From positions 1 to 64,000 of the forward strand of contig LVLI01000313.1 of assembly GCA_001687465.1 (NCBI GenBank): DNA of 64,000 nucleotides, read 5' to 3'. A model generated the notes under the pieces. That model was not told where the DNA came from and did no database searches. It was given only the letters and a program-made list of their open reading frames with translations. The translations under genes were made by a program, and so were the position numbers. Of the stretch, positions 56,545 to 64,000 are shown in pieces. How positions within the stretch are numbered: the stretch's first letter is position 1; each line of letters starts with the position of its first letter. This DNA comes from Halocafeteria seosinensis. Its lineage: Eukaryota.

Positions 56545-59500
56545 ATGAATACGATATGCTGTTGGGATGGAGGAACAGACTGCTGTCTGTTCGTCCGATG
56601 CCGTCCAGTTGCATGGAAGCGCATTACACGCAACATCTTCCCACCTCGTGGGAAAGGAATTACAGGAAAAGAGAACCATTTAATGCCCCAAAAGCTGTCT
56701 AAACTGCTTCGATATGCGAGCGACAGGGAGGACTCGCTGCCTGACATTGGACGCGAGCTTCAGCGACGAGCGAGACGAGCATTAAGGTCGAAAGAATATG
56801 GGTAAGACCTCAATTCCAGCCGTGATTTGGCCTTCAATTGCATGCTATTCATGCGTTTTCGGGGCTTAAATTTTGGCCTTTGCAGGTATGTTCAAGTGGC
56901 AATGTTCGCGTACAAGCGGCTCATCATGCTATCCGCGGGTGGCCTCGGAAGCGATTCTCTCAACGCTGACGACTTCGTCCCCACCGTGGACCAGAATCGA
57001 AAAGCTCCACGAAGAGTGCACAGGACCGTCGATGCGACGCATTTTAGTGTATTCGAAATCTTCGTAGTTCAGGTCATACACGATCTTCTGCGTCATCCTC
57101 ACCCATGGATGCGATACCTCGGAGCTGACACGGTTCGTATTATCAACGCCTCGGCTTGATGGATTCATTTGGTAATGTGATCTATGTAATGGATTGCAGT
57201 TGCATGCGCTACTTGCGTGTAAGGAAAGTCATTCTGATGCTGAGAAATTGGTGCACTCTCTGCTGGACAATCTGAGACAGGATCTGGCGGAGGCGAAACG
57301 GAAAAATCCGCAGTATGGAAGTGGCAGCTCTAGATTCAAGCGTCTATGGGCAGAATGCAACTGCAAGGGGTCCTCTGAGAGCCCTGCCCAAGAAGAATAT
57401 GAGTGGACGCTCAAGGCACGATACGCGTCTTTTTGTGCGTTATATACTTCTATACTAAAGGCAGATTCAGGAATGTCCCAAATCCATATCCAGCATACCA
57501 TTCCTTCGATTTTACAAATAATTGAAGATACATGGAAAGAATACAATACCCAATTACGACAATTGGTGCATGAACTAAAAAAGGGAAGGACTGCTAATCC
57601 GGAGACTATGTTTCTAAGAAGAGAGGCTACCCTTTTACCGCTGGCTAGCCTCGCTCTTTCCCTTTTATCCGGTAATACCGAAAGCGCACGTTTTGATGTT
57701 CTCATGCGGGAGGTTTTGGATCAATTGGACCGTGAGAAATGGGCAGATCTTAGCTGTGCTCTCCATATCTGCCGCCTTACCGATACCTACAATTGGCATG
57801 CTTACAAAATGAATAGCTTGGCACTTCTGGAGTTTCCGAAAAACTATAATCGATCCAACTTGTACCAGTTTTGGTCTCAGTACGAAATGTTCCTGCATGG
57901 TCAGGGCGCTCAGGGTGACACCGACGATGAAGGTCATATGTTTAATGGGGTTGAGTTGACTCTGGAAGATCTGCAAATGTCTCTCAACAGTCACTCGCCT
58001 TGCACACAGCAAGTGCGACAGATTGCCCGTGAAACAAATCGAAATGAAAGAGAAGCCAGGGCAACGTCTACGGCAACCTTGGAGAAGTGGCCCCACACCA
58101 CTGCCTGGGATGGAGTTCTAGGGATCAACACTGCTTCGTTTAACCGACTGTTGAGGTCTGCGGTCAATAGTAAACGTCCCACCGACTGGCGAGATGAGCT
58201 ATCCCGTCCATTCAGGCACCAACTGGGGAAGATCATTCCCCCAGTAGCTGATAAAACCGAGAGCTCTAAACCCGGTAAATCGAAGTGGCAACGATCGAGC
58301 ACGGGGTCTCCTTCGTTGCGCTATGGCATCCCTGTATTCGTACATTTACTGCGACACTTGACACACGTAAATGATAAGTGGGAAGTGAACGTGGGACAGG
58401 ATAACGCCTACGAGCCAACAGACCCTGGTGCTTTCGAACGCCAGCTGCATAGTAGCATTACCGTTGAAACTTCAAATCCCAGGAAAGACAGACCGGTCAC
58501 TTCTATTCGAGCATCAGCAACCGCTCAAGATATGAGTGATGCGGAAACTTTTCCACGCAGGAACACCATCTCCCAGCAGATCTCAAGGAAAGTATCTAGC
58601 AGGGAGACGCCGTTAGCTTCGTCTAGTGCCGTTGAAGAGGAAAAGGGACATGGTATTCCAAAGCAAAGGCAAGTAGGCAACTTACTACGACGGGGTAGTA
58701 CTTGGGTTAGCGGTGTCAATGACAAGGAAAGCCGAGATTCTTTAGAAGCGTCTACTAATGAGAATGCTCGGATTACGGAAACAGGTGAACCGAAAGCGTG
58801 GACCTGGACACATGATAATGACGATGTATCGCATTCTTCATTCGCTCCTAAGATTGAGAACACAACCAAGGGTGCCAGCGCTACAAGGTGGAGAATTAAC
58901 ACTTTGGAAATTATAACCAGGCTCGTAGTTGAGAGCTTTGCTTTGTGTGAAGATGATGGCGCCAGTCAGTTATCCGAAAGCTGGTTCCAGGAATCAATGG
59001 AGCATCTTATGCCGCATCTGTTGGAGCTTCCTGCGGATGTCGTTATTGTGGGCAACAATAGCGAAATCACCGATAATAACAGTGGTTCAGTGCCAGACAC
59101 TGCGTTTATCTGCTTTCTCGCATTTCTTATGCGATGCCATCAGTCCTCTCAGATTAGCAATGTAATCCAGAGTATCAGCGCATGGTCAGCAGACGTGCAG
59201 AATGAAATCCTCGTTCCGCCAGCTGACACTTCGCCGAGTACCTCATTCGGAGTATGTGATAGCGGCAGCTTGTTATCGCCTTCACCGATATTCGACTGCG
59301 CTCGTCTGCGAATATTAGATGCACTTCTAGTAGCTTCTCGGTTACGCATGTGTAAAGTGTTTGCAGAACAACTGGAGAGCGGAGGCTCACTAGATTCAAA
59401 AAAAATCGATAAGTGGGTAAAGCAAGTGGAACGCACCCTCTCTACGGGCGAGGGAACTATGAACACTACCGCTATTGCCAGGCTGATTGATCGCGAATTC

Positions 59501-61843
59501 GAAATTGCTCAGTGTCCTGAGGCTTTGTTTGATTTAGTTGCTAAGGAGCTGCTCTCGGAGCAACCCTGGCTTAGATTACGAGCGTTGGGGATTTTGCATG
59601 CAAATTGCAGTTCCCCATTTACCTGGTTAGCTCACATGGCGGACACAAATGCAGATGAGGGTAGTATTAGAGGGTCCCGGAATTCTAATCCTCCACCACC
59701 ACCAAAACCATCGGACGAGTCCTCTGCTTCTACCACCTCTTGTGTTGCGGACGACCTATGCTTTAATGTCATCTGCGAAGACGGTGTCGCTATAAACGCC
59801 ATCCTCTCGGCCATGAGGAATGGGAAATATGAAGATATGCCCGAAGAAACAGCGACATCTGAAGATCGCGATTCGGTTTCTGCCAACAGCGAGAACTATT
59901 CAAGCAAGATGTTAGAGTTTTACGTGAATAGGCTCGGTCTACGTCTGAGGCCTGCTCCCGCTTCCAATACGAAAGTCGGAGCATCTGAGGAAATAACGCC
60001 GAATTATCCGAATCCATTTTCGTCTAAGGCCTCCAGTGATAGTCCATTGAGCACATACCATTTACATCGGCTGCATATGGCAATCTTTAACGCGCTTTGT
60101 GCCACTGCAGGGGTGACTATCAGCTTTGATTCTCATAGCGTTTTTTTTGGTGGCCCGGCTAGTGTGATCCCGAAGACTGATCACCCGCTTCAGATTGTGC
60201 GTCGTGTCGTGTCACCTTTGTCTCCAACTAGTGTAGGTACTATTACTGCCATAATGAGAATCGTGGCCTCGTTGTTTAGCACGGTTGGCTCATTGGAAAT
60301 TTGGTTTGCCAGCCAGCTGGCCAATCAACTAGAATGTGCCGTGAATACCCTAACTGGAGATGCGTTGCCTGACAAGGCGACCACATGGGCCATCTCGTTG
60401 CTTGAGCAGTACCGAACTAGTTTGATGTGCATGGTGGCTGTTCGTTCTTCTTTGCATACTAGCTCAACTTCGCGTGTACTGGATTCTAAGCAAGAACCCT
60501 CTAATAATCTGTTTTCATCTCTTCTACGCCAGTCACGACGTTACAGCTCTTCTTTAGGATTTCTGTGTGTAGGAGATGAACGCGGTCGTGGCCTGCAAGA
60601 ATGGATCGCCAGCGGTGCACCGGCTCCCAGCGATAAGCCAGGACCAGATACTCGCACTGGATATATTCCTATCCTTCAGTTCTCACCACTGAATGCAGGT
60701 CTGCGTATCCGTCTATTGTCCTGGAACACTCTTCAACGCGTCCAAGAGACTACGTCGACAGTCCCTTCTAGCAGTGTCGTTTCTATACGTGAATTCTCCT
60801 TCGAGCTGTTGCGTAGCCCGTCTTTCCAAACGATTCTTCAGAGAATATCTAAGGATAATCGGAAAACCATTCAGCGGTATTTTCCATTTTTAAACACAGA
60901 ATGGCAGATGATTCCAGCGGTAGGGAAAGAGTACGGGCTCGAATACAGTAGCAGCATCTCTAAAGCACTAGAGGCGTATGCCCGTCGAACTTCTAAATTG
61001 GGCTCGAATGGTAGTATCAGTGGCCTCGCCTATTCTCCCACTAAGACACGTCGTAGTTTACTAGAGGCCCTAACTCGAGCTTCTGAAGAAGAGCAGTTGC
61101 GGGATGACCTGCCCCCGTTATCTTCTTTGATGAAACTCTTTGAACAGGTTGAAGATGCTGATTGTATATACTGGGCCAACCCGATTGCAGTTTCATCGGC
61201 TGAGCAGGTGGAGAAGAGAACTCTTTGTAAATGGGCTCCGCGGTTGGTGAATCTTTTCACGACATATCGAGATTCCTCCCCCGATTTCTCCGTGTGTGAG
61301 ATTCTTAGGTCGATGATCTACACTGCTGATGACTGTTCCTCCCTCATTATGCTCATGCTGACCTCGCCTCTGCCCCTTCTGACGCTGCCGGAAATATTCG
61401 AAACTTCAGCAGACCCATCGCACGAGATACGCTCCACGGCGAGCGTGCATTCCGAAAACGCAGTCAACGCGTCACCCATTGAGGGTCTTGGTGTGGGCGA
61501 GTCCAACGACAGAGATGACACCGCCGCATCTGAGCTAGCGGACAACACCCAGGATGAGGATGCCACTTCTGGTAGGGACCAATTTAAGAGGAAAGACCCG
61601 TCAACACTATATGCCGAGGTGGAGGATCCCGAGACTTGGAGTGTCTTTGCCAATAGTCAACCGAAAGTCGAAGTTACGAGAATGTTAAGTATGGCGACAG
61701 TGTCTTCGGACGAAGAATTTCAAGGTAAAAATGAAGAAGAAGAAGTAAGGGAGGAACCGGAAAGCGCGCATCGTATTCCTCGGCCGAATACTCCACCAGG
61801 AGAGTGGGTAATGTTTCGTTTGGCCGGAGGGTCTCTAAGATGA
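56545..61843 (+). CDS. EFR3: EFR3-like protein (N-terminal palmitoylation Cys cluster and ARM-like region) with long divergent C-terminus
   Basis: CC...CC...CRP..WKRITRNIFP...LSKLLRYA...LPDIGRELQRRARRAL...YG|YVQVAMFAYKRLI resembles EFR3 RPRYKRLVDNIFP...EKLTFYA...LDRIGAYL...RYGYVCIAMEALDQLL. Joined by short introns to the 1549-aa ORF. Confidence 0.75.
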
Positions 61844-61940
61844 ATATACAACCACTGATTGCACTTTTATACATTAATTATGGGCAACATCATTGCTGGA
61901 ACCACCCAATTCTCGTCTGAAAAATGCAAATAAAATGCAT

Positions 61941-63772
61941 TTATTCTGCGTATTCTGATTCAGGTTCGTAAAAATGGAAGAAGAGAGACTGCAAGCATTC
62001 AAGAATATGATGGCCACCATTTGGTGGTTTGATTCCCACGGCGAAAAGCAGTTGTAGCACATCATGAGCTAACATTGTATAGCCCAAGCGGAACTTATCC
62101 AGCTGGGTGGATCCTTTCCAGTACAACGGCGCTTCTCGATCCCCTCCCATTACAGAATCAACGATTGTAGATCGAGACGCCATTGGTTGGGGCATATACC
62201 GCAGTGGGACTAGGAGATATTTCGATAGCAACACCACCAAATGTGCAACGTATCCTAAAGCAGTACTAGTGCGCTGCTCTTGTCCAGAATCAACATCACC
62301 CTTGGTAAGAGGTAGTCCTCGAATAGTGTAAACTACGCCGGGTTCTTTACATTCAATTGGGTAAATCTTCCGCAAGTCCGCTATTAGATGTTGCTGCTGT
62401 CTCGTGAGCAAGACAGTTACATCCCAGAACCGTCCGTAAGCGTAGTTTAGGCTTTCTTCTTGCAGGAACACACGTTCTCTCATTTCGTTTAGCGAGTGTC
62501 TAGCGTTGGTCAACCTTTCCTGAGTATCGTCGTTCGCCCTCCGTAGATTTTGCAGACTCTTCTCAATGTCCGAAACATCTTCACTGAGGCTAGCCTTTAA
62601 CTTTTTCAGCTCTTGTACCCTATTTTTCTTTTTCTCAAGATCACGTTCTTGTTCACCTTTTTGTTCCAAACTCTTTATACTATCATTCAATTTGGCAGTC
62701 TCCTCTGGCAAATGAGGAGCAGGGAACTCTTCCATATCTTCACCTATCGACGGACGATTACTGCCTACATCATCAATGAACGATTCTCTGTGATTAGAAT
62801 GGGTTTTACTCTTGTGCTGAGCGTAATATACTTCAGGGGAACAATTGTGTATGGCCTCAAATGTGTCGCGATCGGCGTATAATCCGTGAGCCAGTTCGAC
62901 TAACACGGAGTTCGGTGGAACGTATGCGAACGCTTGCTCGAGCTCGCTCTTTACCTGAGAATGTCCTAGTAGACCAACCGGAGCCGCCCCCACTCTGTCA
63001 ATATCCGGTGAAAGATCAAGCGAAAACAGATTCCTTAGGTCAATTTCTCTGTGTACTAAATGGCGAATCTGTGGACGATGGCGCAAAGATTTGTAGGTTG
63101 CCATCCGCGGTTTCGAATCAGCCACCATTTTCCGGGGAAGTAAAGGCGAAGCTCCGAACCGAAAATTCTCTAGAAAACTGGTTCTGTCATCCATTGCAAT
63201 GTCATGGTGCAGATTTGCCCAATCTTGATCAATTGTCGATGCAGTTTCGGACGCCGATACATGGCCATCCGTGGAGTGCTCCTGTCCTCCCGTTGCCACA
63301 TTCTCGGGAGCTCGCTTGTCGTCATTCTCTTTGGGGTTGCTTACCGCAAAGACATCCACAACAAGCTGGGAACTGGTCTCTAATCGGGGGTCATCTCGGA
63401 CCAATCTGGAATCCAACGGGGCCCAGGGGGGATTGCAAGTTTTCGACGCCACTTCGCTTCTGTAAAATGGCTCCTCATTCGGATCTGCAGGGCAAGTACG
63501 ATAGTTCAGTGGCACTTCTTTCGACCTAGGCGGTCACATATGGTGTACACATACGGCATCGAAGCACGAAAAAGGTGTCTTGAATGCCCAAATCGGAGGG
63601 AAAACAGAGATTTCTGAGGGCCACAGAGACCAGATTCACGACCACTTGGTCCTTCTGCAGGAGCTCCATAGCATTCAAGAGAGATATATCCACCTATATT
63701 AACAGACATACATCGTCCAAACGGAGAGCAAATACCACTTACAGTGCCTCCAAGATGATGGCCTTCCGACAT
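61941..63772 (-). CDS. UVRAG: UV radiation resistance-associated protein / Vps38 (PI3K complex II subunit); multi-exon
   Basis: C2-like FYRSEV...NPPWAPLD, a coiled coil, LRKIYPI...TIRGLPL, STALGYVAHLVVLLSKYLLVPLRY...SRSTIVD...PLY...F..G..ML..DV.QL. Upstream exons inferred to ATG 63772. Confidence 0.85.
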
Positions 63773-64000
63773 GGTTCAGGTTGAAGATGGCGTCTCCTCC
63801 GAAAACAGCACCATATACACAATCACATGCACGACAAAACGGTAGTACAACATGCAATAAATAATATCGTATCGTTTCTACTGTGTCAACTATTGATAAA
63901 GTGTGAGTAAAATGGAATCCGGGCCGAGCGCCCGGATTCTGACTGCTTGCAGCTTGCTTGAGAAGAGTTGTACAACTACTGAATGGTTCTCTGTTTCCCA

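Overview
Gene-dense nuclear DNA from a eukaryote, most likely a protist. It uses the standard genetic code and has mostly short (about 50-100 nt) GT-AG introns. Recognisable conserved genes are NCKAP1/NAP1 (WAVE complex), a FUBP-like KH protein, nucleoside diphosphate kinase, EMC4, mitochondrial GatA/QRSL1, a class I cyclic-nucleotide phosphodiesterase, EFR3 and UVRAG/VPS38. Between them lie lineage-specific or accessory genes with unusual architectures. The main one is a cAMP-receptor/GCR1-type 7TM GPCR fused in one reading frame to an EamA/DMT transporter. Others are two tandem type II membrane proteins joining a degenerate UDP-sugar epimerase to a glycosyltransferase-like domain (plus a pseudogene copy), a permuted NlpC/P60 enzyme split by an EF-hand, two unrelated secreted Ser/Thr-stalk proteins sharing a C-terminal AQRP[KR]RxV motif, and a tandem pair of small Cys/His-conserving orphan paralogs. 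Mobile DNA comprises several 5'-truncated CRE-like non-LTR retroelement fragments (one next to an orphan 28S rRNA fragment) and a small TG...CA element family associated with (CA)n tracts. Several intronless ORFs are broken by frameshifts or stops. All family calls come from motifs recognised by eye, not from database searches, and exon boundaries are manual.
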